Shown: positions 27,848-43,500, counted from the stretch's first letter. The stretch: DNA of 64,000 nt from the human T2T-CHM13v2.0 reference genome, Homo sapiens (GCF_009914755.1 NC_060936.1), one strand, 5' to 3'. Program-made: numbers and translations. Notes: generated from the sequence alone by a model not told the origin.

Positions 27848-28619
27848 GTAAGTCTTTGCAAAATTGAAACTGTTTATTACTTATGGGAAGTCCAAAAAAT
27901 GAGGGATGACTCAACTTTAATGCCTACATGCTTCTCAAGCACATAACATTTTTGCCTGACTCTTTCCATGCACTTGACCACATGCCCTAGACCATGATTC
28001 AATAGAAAGGTTAATTGCAAGGTTCTCCAGGTCATTGGTAACAGTGAACAAGGCTGTAGGTGAAGTATTTGTGTTTATTTCCTGTGTAAATGTAAAGGCA
28101 TCCCCTTGTTTGATTGTGGACATGATGAAGACTCTCTGAATCTCTCAAATACCTCATATGGGAGTGCCCACTAATAGTTGCTTAATGAATACTCAACTAT
28201 GTTAAATAGTTTTGTAGCATTTTCAGCCATCACTTATTTACTTTCTCATGTTCAACCTATTAGAATTTTATGTTGACATGGGGCTTGTTCTGGAAACAGA
28301 TCTGTTTTGAACCTTATGGACTACAAGCTAATTACAAGTTAATGTAATGTGAAAATAAAAAGTAGGTCACTTGAAGTCCAGATGGGCAGTGATAGACTTC
28401 ATCTCTAATCCAAAATACTTGTAGTGGATAAGCTTTCTAGCACTATTGTGTATTTTTTTTTCTGTTTTTAAATTTTGGTGTGAAAAGATAACTTACGGAC
28501 TACATTTACAGTAGGTACAAAGTAAGGCCTACCTTTTCCTAATAATTAGTCCAGTGGGAATTCTACAGGGTTTAAGTAGCATTTCACATAGATTTTAGAA
28601 TTATTTATATACATCCTAG

Positions 28620-29317
<698 letters not shown>

Positions 29318-29336
29318 CCTCATAGTACTTTGTAAG

Positions 29337-29850
29337 TGTATTAGGGTTCTCTACAGAGACAGAACTAATAGGATAGATGTGTATATAAAGGAGAGTTTAT
29401 TAAGGAGTTTGACTCACACAATCACAAGGTGAGGTCCCACGATAGGCCATCTGCAAACTGAGGAGCAAGGAAGCTAGTCCAAGTCCCAAAACTTCAAAAG
29501 TGGGGAAGCCAACAGTGTAGTCTTCAGTCTGTGGTCAAAGGTCCAAGAGTCCCAAAGCTGAAGAACTTGGAGTCCGATGTTCTACGGCAGGAAGCATCCA
29601 GCACGGGTGAGAGATGTAGGCTGGGAGAATAAGCCAGTCTAGTCTTTCCATGTTCTTCTGCCTGCTTTTATTCTGGCTGTGCTGGCAGCTGATTAGATTG
29701 TGCCCACCCAGATTGAGGGTGAGTCTGCCTTTCCGAGTCCACTGACTGAAATGTTAATCTCCTTTGCCAACACTGTCATAGACACACCCAGGAACAATAC
29801 CTTGCATCCTTCAATGCAATCAAGTTGACACTCAAATATTAACCATCACA
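29337..29850 (-). mobile_element. MLT2A-type solo LTR (HERV-L)
   Basis: Minus strand starts TGTGATGGTTAATA and ends AGAACCCTAATACA; TSD gtaag/ctaag. Confidence 0.9.
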
Positions 29851-29865
29851 CTAAGGGAACTATAT

Positions 29866-30187
29866 TTCTTTCCTTCTTTTTCTTTTCTCTTTTTTTTTTC
29901 GAGACACAGTCTTGCTATAACGCCCAGGCTGGAGTGCAGTGGAGTGATCTCGGCTCTACTGCAACGTCCTCCACCTCCTGGGTTCAAGCGATTCTCTTGC
30001 CCCAGCCTCCTGAGTAGCTGGGACTACAGGTGTGTGCCACCACACCCGGCTAATTTTTGTATTTTTAGTGGAGACAGGGTTTTACCATATTGGTCAGGCT
30101 GGTCTTGAACTCCTGACCTCAGGTGATCTGCCTGCCTCAGCCTCCCAAAGTGCTGGGATTACAGGCGTGAGCCATTGTGCCCAGCCA
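29866..30187 (-). mobile_element. AluS-type SINE
   Basis: Antisense dimeric Alu with T-rich tail. Confidence 0.95.
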
Positions 30188-30399
30188 GGAAACTGTATTT
30201 CTATGTTATGTTTTTATTCACTCTAAGTTTGTATTAACTTTTACAAACATACTATTGATCCTTAATTACCTTGCAAATAATTAAAACACTCATGTTTTCT
30301 CCCATTAACCCAGAAGTCCCTCATCCATTACTGGTGCAATTAATTTGTGGACCTGGATTCTATGTTTTTACAAAAAATTTCAAAAAATGAATTATGACT

Positions 30400-30670
30400 A
30401 TTTTTTACAGGCAAGGTCTCACTCTGTTGCCTAGGCTGGAGTGCAGTGGCGGAAAGAACTCCTAGGCTCAAGCGATCTTCCTGCCTCCACTTCTGGAGTA
30501 GCTAGGACTATAGGTGCATGCCATTGTGCCTGGATAATTTTTTTTTTTTTCGTAGAGGAAGAGTCTTGCGATGTTGTCAAGGCTGGTCTTGAACTCCTGG
30601 CCTCAAGCCATCCTCTTGCCTTGGTCTCACAAAATGCTAGGATTATAGGTATGAACCACAGTGCCTGGCC
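30400..30670 (-). mobile_element. AluJ-type SINE with internal deletion
   Basis: Diverged Alu with 'ggcctcaagc'; the 'tcggctcactgcagcc' segment is absent. Confidence 0.9.
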
Positions 30671-31125
30671 AATTCTAGGTTTTTATGATCAAGTACATTA
30701 AATATCACCTCGTTTGTTTTGATCCTTTTTACTAGTCTGTTGAAAACTTTTTGAATCCTGACAAAGCAAATAGGGGAGTACCTTCTTAAATTTTATGCCA
30801 TAAGCATCTCACAAAAGTCCTGGCCTAACCTTCTTTCTTTACCATTTAATTTTTCCAGAACTAAAAGATTCATGATGCCAAGTTTGTAAATACTGTTTTA
30901 ATTATCAACTCATGTTGGTAATGACTAATGATAACAGCTGTCTTTAAAATACAGTCTTCTATTTCTCATATGTTATTATGAGGAAGGTGTTAGCCTCATT
31001 TTACAGATAAGGAAAATGAGGCTTAGAAAGATTAAGTAACTTCATTTATATTTTCATTTGTTCAATAATATATTCACTCCAAATTATTTACTGGATTCCT
31101 GCTATGTGGTAGGCGCATAGGAGTT

Positions 31126-31419
31126 TATAATCCCAGCACTTAGGGAGGCCAAGGCGGATGGATCATGAGGTCAGGAGTTCAAGATCAGCCTGGCCAAGAT
31201 GGTGAAACCCCATCTCTACTAAAAATACAAAAAAAATTAGCCGGGCACGGTAACACGTGCCTGTAATCCCAGCTACTCGGGAGGCTGAGGCAGATAAGTG
31301 CTTAAACCTGGGAGACGGAGGTTGGAGACCGAGGTTGCAGTGAGCCGAGATCGCGCCACTACACTTCAGCTGCCTGGGTGACAGAGCAAGACTCCGTCTC
31401 AAAAAAAAAAAAAAAAAAA
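31126..31419 (+). mobile_element. Alu (S-type), 5'-truncated
   Basis: Begins at 'taatcccagcact'; imperfect internal duplication ggagacggaggtt/ggagaccgaggtt; poly-A. Confidence 0.94.
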
Positions 31420-31474
31420 GCTAGATGTGTCCTCTGCCTTGTATCTCTTGCAAGCTACTGTAAAAAGCACTCCT

Positions 31475-31998
31475 TTACAATGGAGTATTATTCAGTGCTA
31501 CAAAGAAATGAGCTATCAAGTGATGAGAAGACATGGAGGAACCTTAAATGCATATTACTAAATGAAAGAAGCCAATCTGAAATGACTACATATTGTATAA
31601 TTCTAACTGTATGACATTCTGGAAAAGGGAAAACTATGGAGGCAGTAAAAGATGAATGGTTGCCGTGAAGGAGGGAGGGATGAAAAGGCAGAGCACAGAG
31701 GATTTTTAGGGCAGTGGAACTACTCTGTGTGATATGTAATGGTGGATACATTTGCCCAAATCCATAGAAGGTACAACACGAAGAATGAACTGTAAGGTAA
31801 ACTATGGACTTTTGTGTAATAATGATGTGTGACTTCAGGTTCATCAGTTTTAACAAATGTACCACTATAGCCAGGATGTTCATAGTGGGAAGCTTGTACA
31901 TGTGAGGGGCAGGGAGTATATGGGAGCTCTCTGTACTTTCTGCTGAGTTTTGCTGTCAACCTCATAGAGCTCTAAAAAATAAGTTATATTTTAAAAAG
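31475..31998 (+). mobile_element. L1MC-like 3' fragment
   Basis: 'acaatggagtattattcag...gaaagaagccaatctgaa...tgacattctggaaaagg...ctctaaaaaataa'. Confidence 0.88.
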
Positions 31999-32429
31999 AA
32001 TACTCTTATATAGTCTATATTTCTCCCCTTTTTTGGGGGGTGAGAGGGTTTACAAAGATTGAGGGCTTTATGAAATACCATACTAAAACTTGAATGCCTA
32101 TAACAAGGTATCCCTTGCTATACAGGTCTGACTTAGCTTATCAGCCTGTGAAACCAAGTAAAATATTCTTTTAGTGATTTTGTGGCAAACCTGATTTTCA
32201 TTGAACATTTTTCTCAAATTCCCAGTAGCAAATGGAGATTTTGACAATGGTACTAAAAATAGGTGATATTTTCCTGAAATCATTTGATAAAAATACCTGT
32301 GACCATCTTGCTCTGGTGTAGTCATTTTGTGCTTCGTATAGCTGGGCACGCTGCAGTACGTTGTATTCTCCACTTTCCACGTGGTAGTCTAGTCTGATGT
32401 AACAAATTTTCCTCCTCATCTCTTCACAG

Positions 32430-32458
32430 CCTGGGACTGAGCCACAGTCTGGAGGCAG
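32430..32458 (+). other. Candidate 29-nt small exon
   Basis: ttttcctcctcatctcttcacAG acceptor and CAG|GTATGG donor. Confidence 0.3.
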
Positions 32459-33404
32459 GTATGGGAGAAAATGATAGATAAGATGAAAAAGAGGATGGAG
32501 GGCATTTAAAAAAGCTTCTTTGAAAAGGTGTTAAGAGAAAGTGCTAGTATTCTGAGCACTTTTAACTTTTACTTCAGGATTCTTTGATGGGACTGGAATT
32601 AACCTGTGGTACTTCCTCTTCTGTTGTTTCTGAGAAGTGATGCAGTTCATAAATCAGTTCTGTTATTAATATTATATTATATGCTGAAACATTTCATAAG
32701 TCAGTGGGAAATCTTTCTAAAACGTATTCCATATTTACCTTCATAATTGAAGTATATTGGATTTATCCTCTCACAGAACTCGGGACCACCATGATGGTCA
32801 TTCAGTATTATATCTTCTGCTAATATGTACACACATTCAGGAGCTTGTCTATGGATAGGAATTTTTTTCTCTACACAAAATGGCCCCAGACTGTTAGCTG
32901 TATGTTTAAAAAATATATTTAATTTGTTTCTTTCATAATTCACCTGCCAGGTATTACTTTTGCTATTTATATGAGTACTCTGCTAGGCTTTTGCCCATTT
33001 CCTGATTTGTTAAATCTAATTTGCTATGGAATTAAAAATCAAAGTGTTTAGCTTGTTAGTATTTCTAAGTGTTAGTAGACAATTATTAGCATAGATGTTT
33101 TCTTTAACTCAAAGAAGGACAGGTAAAAATCTACAGTTAGGGAATATAAAATTAATTTAGGATTTGGACCTCTTTCTAATCCTTAGTTCAGATGTTGGTG
33201 GTCATTGATTATTTTTACAGAAAAACCCCAGGTAACCCTGTTCTTGAGAAAGGGAATGGATAGATATTATTTTATTCTTGTGTTCTAGTCCTAAATCTCT
33301 TCTGTACTTCTCTCTACCCTCTGTTCACCCCCTCCACCACAAAAAAAATAAAGACAGACAGGAAGAATAATGTGTATTAAGTCCTTGTTGCTGGCCATTA
33401 TTCT

Positions 33405-33705
33405 ATTTTTTTTTTTTTTTTTTGAGACGGAGTCTCGCTCTATCACCCATGCTAGAGTGCAGTGGTGCAATTTCGACTCTTTGCAACCTCCGCTTCCCAG
33501 GTTCAAGTGATTCTTGTGCCTCAGCCTCTCAAGTAGCTGGAATTGCAGGCGTCCACCACCAGGCCCAGCTAATTTTTGTATTTTTAATAGAGACGGGGTT
33601 TCACCATGTTGGCCAGCCTGGTCTCAAACTGCTGACTTCAAGTGATCCACCCTCCTCGGCCTCCCAAAGTGCTGGGATTATAGGCCTGGGCCACCGCGCC
33701 TGGCC
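33405..33705 (-). mobile_element. AluS-type SINE
   Basis: Poly-T plus antisense Alu. Confidence 0.95.
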
Positions 33706-34299
33706 TATTCCATTTCTTAAATAACAAATGTTTTGTATGGATCTTATAATGTATGTTATAGAGACTTGGACTTTGAAGAAAGGGAACACAATACTTTACC
33801 CAACAGCATAAACAGACCATCAGCCCTCTTTGGCTGATGTGGTTTGGTGGTCAGGCTAATCAGAATGGGACCTTGATATGCTAATAAAAATTTACACCAT
33901 TCATTATAATAATTTGGTTCAGGATTATTCTCTGTTCTCTTACCTACTGAAGTATCTGGCACTTAGCATGTGCTCAGTAAAAATGTGTTTCAATAAATAG
34001 AAATGAAATGCAATTTAGGCTGTTCTGATGAAAATTAATTTATATCACGTCAATATATGCAGAAGAGGTATGATGCCAATATTTCATGTAAGAAAAAGAT
34101 ACAGAAGTTAATAGGAATTATATGCCTGTAACATTTAGTAAAATTAAATGGCCTGAGAAATTGCTGTTTAGTAGGATGTTAGAAATAAATGCTGTAGATG
34201 TGATGATTTGTAATTATGGAAATTAGTATTTGAATTTTAAGCTTTCTAGTTAAGTAAGGGGGAGGCTAATTTTCCATGGGAGTATTTTCAGGAAAATCA

Positions 34300-34665
<366 letters not shown>

Positions 34666-35366
34666 TCAGCTCTTCCTTCCACAGAAGAGGTGATAAACTA
34701 AGAGGACTTCCTTAAATTGATTCCAAGTTGACATCCACAGTAAGTTTTATTTGAAAAAACATTTTTTGAACTATGGGTACCACTGGAAATACAAAGTATT
34801 TATAACAGGACAAAAACTGTTGGGAATGTGAGATGGGGTATCTGATGTTTTTATTTTCCTGCTGAACATGAATGGGAGAGCATGCAGGACTTCCAGATTC
34901 AGTCAGCCACAGGAGTGGAGAGGATAAGCCAGTACAGGGCCAAGAGACACAGGGGAACAATGAGGCTGTTCGTAAAATTGCTTTAGTTTCTCAATTCAAC
35001 CAAGTTTTCCTTGTCACTGGAGCTTCCTTTTCTGCTTTTCACGTATTTTATAGGTAATTGCTTCCTTTTCTAATCCCTTCTCTTGTAGGCAGTACGTCTA
35101 TTATTTCCACAATGTGGTAGGGTGATGGAAAAACACCCTATCATAATGTAAAATAAAAAATCTCTCCCAAATATGTGTATGTATTTACATATGCCATATA
35201 AACATAATTATTGAAATAATCAAATGGGATACTTTGTCGAAGATTTAACTTTAAGAAACAAATTTTCCTGTGGTAAGAAATGGCTTTTTCTATTTTTGTG
35301 AGGTTTGACAGTTTTGTTACTTTTCCTTTATGTCTTCTCAGTGTGTTCACTCTGTGATAGGGAAAG

Positions 35367-35391
35367 CACACACACACACACACACACACAC
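35367..35391. repeat. (CA)n microsatellite
   Basis: About 12 CA units. Confidence 0.95.
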
Positions 35392-37155
35392 TCTCACACA
35401 GTGTCAGATTGCTGGAGATTAACTGAGTTCCTTCAATACCAGTGAAAGAGAGAGTACACAAATTATTGCGAATGGAAAGTTTTACCATAGCTTCAAAAAC
35501 TTATTTCAGAATGATGGTTGTAGTAAATTAAGGGGAAACAGCAGGTGATGCTAGACTTGGATAAATTTATACATATCAAGCTGATTTCCCAACTTCATTT
35601 TTAAAAAAGAATATTTAAGTAAACTTACTAATCTTATTCCAAAATATAGTTTAAATATCTTTTCATCCAGTGAAATAAATTGGTAAAGGAGCACATATTT
35701 CTTTGTGGTTTGAGCTTTGACAACAGTATGTATATCCGGTACTCATCCTGGTGTATCTTTCCTTCTTATGGTGAGTTTAGATTAAAAGGGCAGTTACCAT
35801 ATAGAGGGGTATGTGGGAGCATACTGATGTGTGGTGTTCCTAGGTTAGAACCCACGAATACCATGTTGATATTCCAATAATGGCTTCACTATATGTGTAG
35901 TCTTTTGATTTTTAACTTTATGCTACTTTTTCATCTTTTATACTCCATGCCTCTGAAGATTTTTCTTGTTCCCTGCTAAGTTTAGAGTCCAAAGTATAAT
36001 TTTAATGGTGTGCTTAAAAAAAAGATATTTTTAATTTTGCATTTCATTTTGAATCATCTACTCACATAAAAGGACTTGCAGAGATGGAGAGCCTCAATTA
36101 TGTTCATAAGTAATTATGCAGCAACATTTGCTTCAAATCATTACACATCTTCAGTGGGGGTAGAAAGTCTTTCTTAATTACTGGCTGGACTGATTTTTTT
36201 CCCCTCTTGTTGAATGTATGTGGTCTCCCTGATGAGCTATTTGAAATTCTGTGTGACATGAGTATGTAGCAGTCACTCTTGCTAACTGAAGATTGGAATG
36301 TCCTATTGGTAAACAAATCTGTGAGAACCTTTCCAGCCCAATGCCTGGAGCCCTATCCATATTTATGAAATATTAGTGTCTGAAATTTGTTATTGTTTTC
36401 TCTGAAAATTTACTTATTAGATCAACACATTAAATCATAAATTTTATGTATCTATTTTTTAAAGCTTGAGTACATTTTAGAGAGCTCTGATGCTCTTATT
36501 TTACTGATTGGAAGGTAATGAGGATAAATGATTTGCACCAAGTATTTCTTAAAATTGCTGTTATTTTGACTTGAATCTGGCTCCCTATAATTTTATTATG
36601 TGGAGAAATTGTAATATGGGTAGGTCTAATATAAATAAATCATCATAAGGAATACAAGGAGTAAGATGTACAACAAAGACATTGAAAGTTAGCTAACTAT
36701 GATATCTGAATTAAGTAACTATAGTAAGCTGGTTTTGTTTTGTGTAGAGTTCAAAACCTCAAAGGTGCAATACCTACTTTTTCCCTCTCTCATGTAAGTG
36801 GAACAAGAGAAAAGTAAGTCACATCAACCAAGCACCTACTCCTTGACAAGCAGTTGAGGAAAATTGGACTTGAAGAAGTTAAGGAAATGACCTGAGTTCA
36901 TGCAATTAGTAGGGGCCCAAGCTAAGACAGGACTCATTCTTGCCGGCATTCAAGACTTTTATTGTTCTTTGCATCAAATTATTACGGCTTAAGTGGGGAA
37001 CATCTCTACAAGTTCTGTGAGTTTGAATAACCCAGGTTAAATTGTATCCTAGTATATTGTGAAAGAGTAGATCGAAGATCTAGAGTTTTAAAGAAGCTTC
37101 TTATGGGCCAGGATCAGCTAGTAATGATGTCTGTGCTCAGTATAAGGATGAACAT

Positions 37156-38010
<855 letters not shown>

Positions 38011-39199
38011 AGGATGAACATTTGAAATGCTCTTAGTTCTGTATGGCCTTCATATACTCTTGAAAGAGATATTCTTTGTAAAATAGTCAAATAGTTAAGC
38101 CTTTCATATGAGTGATAGACTTTGCTAGGTTGTTTAGAGGAAAAGAAACATCATAAAAGGTTTCTGTCCTTAAAATTTTTTAAATTAATTGGGGCATACT
38201 GTTAGCACTCATACTGTTAGCACTTGGACCATACACATAGTACCCAAATATTACTAAATTGGGTCATGCACAGCACAGATTATAGGTGTATGACTTAAAG
38301 GAAAAACCTATTTCAATATTAATGTAATAAAAGGAAATTCAGGAACTAATTATTTTCAGGGGCAATAACTTGGAAATTTATGTATTGCTTAATATAGTGA
38401 TTAAAATACAAGCAGAAGTGTTATTTACTGAAAAGTAGTAGTGCTCTTAGTACCCTTAAAACGAAAATGGAAAAGGTAATTTGACACTGTTATAGAACTG
38501 AATTATAATAATGTGAGTATTTTGACTAATAAAGTGTTTAATGTGCAGACTGAAATAACTAATGATGTTTTTCTAGTAGGTAGCAGCATTGTCCATGTTA
38601 GGCAGTAAGTCTTAAAACACTTTTAATTTCCTGAGTACACTAAGGTTTTATCAGTCACCTTTAGTTTTGTTTTGTTTTGTTTACAAGTGAGGAATCAGAA
38701 ACATAATTGATTTACAAAGCTTTTCAGAGTCCTCACAAAAATTTATAATTGGAACTAAACCTACTTCCTAGTGCTTGAGTTACTTTCATGGTAACACTGT
38801 AGAAACACAGAGTACTGAAATTTGAAGAGGATTCGAAATCAGTTGTCCTTACCTCTCTATAATTTTATAGACAAAGCAAGGTCTTTTCTTACACAGCTTG
38901 TGAGTAGCAAATCCAGGATTATCTGTTAAGGTTTTGTTTGAATTTTTGTTTTTAGAGTGGCTTTTCGTTTTCATTTAAAAGAGAATTTACACCATCCAAA
39001 TTGTTGGTTTTTGTGAATATCTTAAAAATATTTACAGTGAAGAGATCATTGACTTTAAGAAAAGAGGCATCAAAGTAATCCCACCTCTATGATAGATACT
39101 AGTACCAATAAACATGCTATTAGCTAATTTTGGCAAATGTCACCCTTGATTAATCCATATTACTGTAAAAAGTTATATGTATACAATGTAATGCTGTTT

Positions 39200-39620
39200 A
39201 TATATCATCATTCTTGCTGTGATAGGTGCTATAAGGGTAAACCAAGGAGACCTCATCTACTCATAAATGTCAGAGGGCTTCTGAAGTCAACCTGAAGCTA
39301 AACTTTGAAGGAGGAGAGAGGGAGTCAACTAGGTGAAGGTGGGTGGGGTTGATAGGCAAGGATTAGCTTTAGAGGGTTTTTACAAAGGTACAGAGGGAGG
39401 TAAGAGCTCCTTAGCCTTGTGGGGAAAGATAAAAGTCCTGTGTGGCTGGAGGTTTGATATTATGGGAAATGTAGTCTCAGATATAGCCAGAAAGGTGAGC
39501 AGAGGCCAGATAATCCTGAACTATGTAGAGAATATTAAAGGTTTTCCTTTTTGTCCCAAGAGCAACGGGATGCACTTAAAAACCTTTTAAAGAATGGAAT
39601 TACAAGATGAGATTTGCCAG
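39200..39620. mobile_element. L2 relic
   Basis: 'gataggtgctat...caaaggtacagagg...agaggccagataat...tttgtcccaagagcaacggg'. Confidence 0.6.
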
Positions 39621-40139
39621 TGCCCTGAGAAAGCAAGCTTACGTTTTTTTTTCTTTAAGGGGAATTTGTTTGGATTTTAAATGTTAAATGCAAAATTGGA
39701 AAATTTGAAATGGCATTTTCACAAATTAAACTGCATTGTCTCAAATTGAATTCTATTGTGTTTTTATAATTGTACCTTTGTGTTTCTGCCCAGCATAGTA
39801 GCCCTTAAAATGTTAATTGATCCTCGAACAAATCCTTAGTCCTTCCTTAGCCCACTCTCGGTGTCTCTGCAATGCAGGTGTAGCTGTTTTAGGGCCCCAT
39901 TGGTGCACATTGTATCTTGCTGTTTAGTGTGAGAATAGTTTATTGGTGATACTGACACTAGTTTACAGATAGCTAGATACAATATTAGTAGAACATCAGA
40001 TATCAGTGGAGTTTTCCCTGCAGAGCAATATGTCCTAGAAGCCTTTTTTTCTTACAATGACACCTTACCATGTCCTAATGGTATCTTGAAGATACACTGT
40101 ATGTCTTCAGTTTTAATTGTTTTTCTGTTTAGTGTATTT

Positions 40140-40500
40140 GGAAGACCAAGCAATAGCTGTTAGTTTTATGCGTTAAAAATACATATGAAGTAAAATATTA
40201 TAAACAATCTAAATGTCAGGGCAATGGATTATGGAATCTTCATTCATTGGAATACTCTATAGTAGTTAATGAAAAAGTTACATAAATATAGATAAATCTT
40301 AGAAACCTATTGAATAAAAATGCAAGTTTCAGAATGCTGCTTAGCTTAAGATATATTTCAGTTAAGTTTTAAATGTATACCAAACAATACCATATATTTT
40401 ACATGGAAAAATATTTAAGTAGTAAAAATATGAAATCACAGGGTAGATAGTCCATATCAACTTCAAGAAGGTGGTAACTTCTGCAAGGGAAGGCGAGGGA
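40140..40500 (+). mobile_element. Old L1 (L1ME-like) 3' fragment
   Basis: 'aaacaatctaaatgtc...ggaatactctatagtagttaa...gataaatcttagaaac'. Confidence 0.6.
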
Positions 40501-43500
40501 ATAGATTTAGAGGTAGGTTAAAACAATATTCTGTCTCACTTCTAAAAGAGAAAACATGGTTGAAATAAGTAACAGGAAAATGGATATTTGTTCTGGGTGA
40601 TAGGAGGTGTATGAGAAATATCAAATAAGTTTAACAAAACCCAGGATATTGCCATTGCTTTGACTTTGATGGCAAATGACAGCTAAAAATGGTTTAAACT
40701 ATAATAAGGTTACTATATATCTAGAGAAAGGTGGCCTTCTGCCTTCTGGTTTGACCACCTAACCATGATACCATGAGCTTCTCCTGTGCATCAGCAGTTT
40801 CTCTCCTATTTTTAAGGTGGCTGCAACTGCAAACATCAAATTCTCAAAGCAGGTCACCCAAAATGGGAAGGGGAAAGAATGAGAGCCCTTTTTTCTGTTA
40901 TTGGTTGGAAAGTATTTTGCAAAAGAGTACATTATGTCTCATTGATCAGAGCTTCAGAGCATGGGCCAACTCTAATTATAACATACGGCCTGGCAGATCA
41001 TAAGTAGTAAATAAATATTTGTTGAATGAGTCTGTCTTTAGCAAAGGGGAATGGGATTGCCATGATTGTTTTGGGAGGTTTCTTCTTGTGGGTGATCTTC
41101 ATCTTCAGGCCAAACTCTTTGTTGATGCTGTTGTATTTTTCCTGAAATTGTCTCTAATACTTAGGGTGGAAATCAGATTATTGGTGGTGGTGGTGGTGGT
41201 GTTTTAAAAAAGAGCTCAGAAATTATTAATCTCAATCCTTTAATTTTTCCCATATGGGAAAGTAGATGTTCAAACAGGTCGTGGCACTGCTGACACTGGA
41301 ACTCTGTCCTTGATTTCTGCTCCAGGGCTGGCTCTGTGTATGTACATTCCTTTTCAAAGACTACAGAAAAATCACCAATGCAGTGAATCTCCTTCAGGAT
41401 CGTACGAAGAACTTTTGATGAGGCCGAAAAATGTGCTAAGAAAAGGTTTTGAGTAGTATAGAAGTCTTCTTTGCATTCCTTAGCATTATGTCGCTGACTA
41501 AAACCGGACTCATGGCTAGGTCTTGCCTTCACAGTTGATAGAAAGTGGGTTATACAGAACGTTTTATCTGTGAAATAGCCAACCATTACCATTTTGAAGT
41601 GATCTGAAGATCTGTATGAGCTTCTCAGGCTAGACAGCCAGGTTAATAACCATTTCTTTTCACGGACTCAAACATGCTAGGTTTCTCTGATTATTTTCTT
41701 TTCCTGGCCTTCTAGCTGAATTCATTTGGCTGTGAAGTTAAAAAAAAAATCTTTAAAATATAACTCTGCAAGCTAGTGGTTACATAGTAAGATTTCTTGC
41801 TAAACTTGCTTCCTCATTCTCCCTTCCCTTCCACAGCTAGACTTTATGTACAAGTTTTTTTTTTTTTTGACGCAAAGTTCCTGTTTTTAATTATGTGTGT
41901 AATTTCTTAAATAAAAGGAAACTTATAGTATACATTTTCAGACTGAATAAATATTATACTATTGTACACTGTTTCATCAAGTAATTATATTGTAAATCAG
42001 TATCTGAGTGAGGAGCATGGGGTACCTCTATATTTTGTCCTGTGTAATAATTTGTCCTGCATTATTGTCTGGAGTGTATCTTCCATAATTCAAAAAAATT
42101 TCTTTGCAAAGCAGTGGTGACGTTTTATTAAACTCATTAATTTATAAGGCTTAGCCAAAAAACAAACACTGAAAGGCACAAATCTTCACTACAAATAAAT
42201 TATGTGCCAGTGGCGACTACTAATTCAAAGCAGCTTTTGAATTTTAGCAGAAAGTTCTAAACTTCTCTGAATTATACCCTTAACTTAATTTGTCATCCCA
42301 AGAAATAGCTTTTTTAAAAGGAGGAAAAAGGGACGGAAGACAAAGGGAAATGTAAAATAGATTAGTCTTGGGAAGCAAATATTTTAGATCCAGTTTTGCA
42401 GTCCCAGTTCCCTGTTGGTCCCACTTCCCGTGGAAATTTAATGTAAAACTTAGGCCATGCCCATGGAAGGCACCATGCAAGAGATTTAGTACTACCCCAG
42501 TTCTATCCAAGATGGTGTCAGACTAGCACAAAAATCAGTCTAATTGTAGTTAGGCATGGCTGCTTTCTCTCAGTGGAGAGTTTCTTTCTCCCTATGCATT
42601 TTTGTCGTCTTTTCCAAAATGTCAATAAACTTTATGGAGTAGAACATCTAATGTTGCCATATATTCTGGAGTGTTTTTTAATGACAAAGTTGTTTATTTT
42701 TTAAGGTAGCAAGATGGAAAATATTTTGTTTTACCGTAGCATAATAAACCAATAAAACCAGCTGGACAAACATTTATCAACTAAAGTAGGTGCTAAAGCC
42801 AGGCGAGAATCCCAGTATGAAGCTTGATCAAGTGTTAAGAGCCTTATTGCAGTTTATGGCAGAAATTTTCAGAATTACTTGTGAGGCTACAAAGAAGTAT
42901 CAACTAAAACTAAGTCAAATAAAAAAACTTCTATGTTTTAAAATTTCAGCAGTTTGGGCTCTGACAAGTCTATGCTCTTGAGGTTCTTTCTTGAAGAGAT
43001 TGTGGAAGAAAAGCAATTAAACATATCTATTTCTTTTTCTCAAAATGCTTTATTCATTCAGTTGATTCATGCTCACAAAATGTGTAGTATATTGCCAAAC
43101 AACTCTGCAAGGAAAACAAAAATCCTAAATAAATCTGCCAAATATACAGCTGTTAATCTGTTAGCTAATTGGAATATTGACAAATTCAGTAATGCATTCA
43201 AGATTTTTTAGCTCAGCTTTAAGAAACTATAATGCTGACCAGAGCTCTGTCTTGACACTCAAGGCTGTTATCCATTACATGAATAATTGGTTTCCAAAAC
43301 GTGAGGCAAATATAGCCAAGTAAGTAGGAGGACTGGGGAATGTTTTTCCATGGTCTTCTCTTAAACAAAACAAATAAACATAGCAATACAAGAACTGTAC
43401 CAACAGATGATAATTACCCAGTAGATCTCTTTAAAATGATTTTCAAAACTTAGAGATCTGAGAAAAAATATCTAATTTAAAAACTTGTGGACTTTGGTAA

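Noticed and set aside
32760-32823. Acceptor plus Kozak-like ACCACCATG
   Set aside because: The ORF stops after 10 codons and there is no convincing donor
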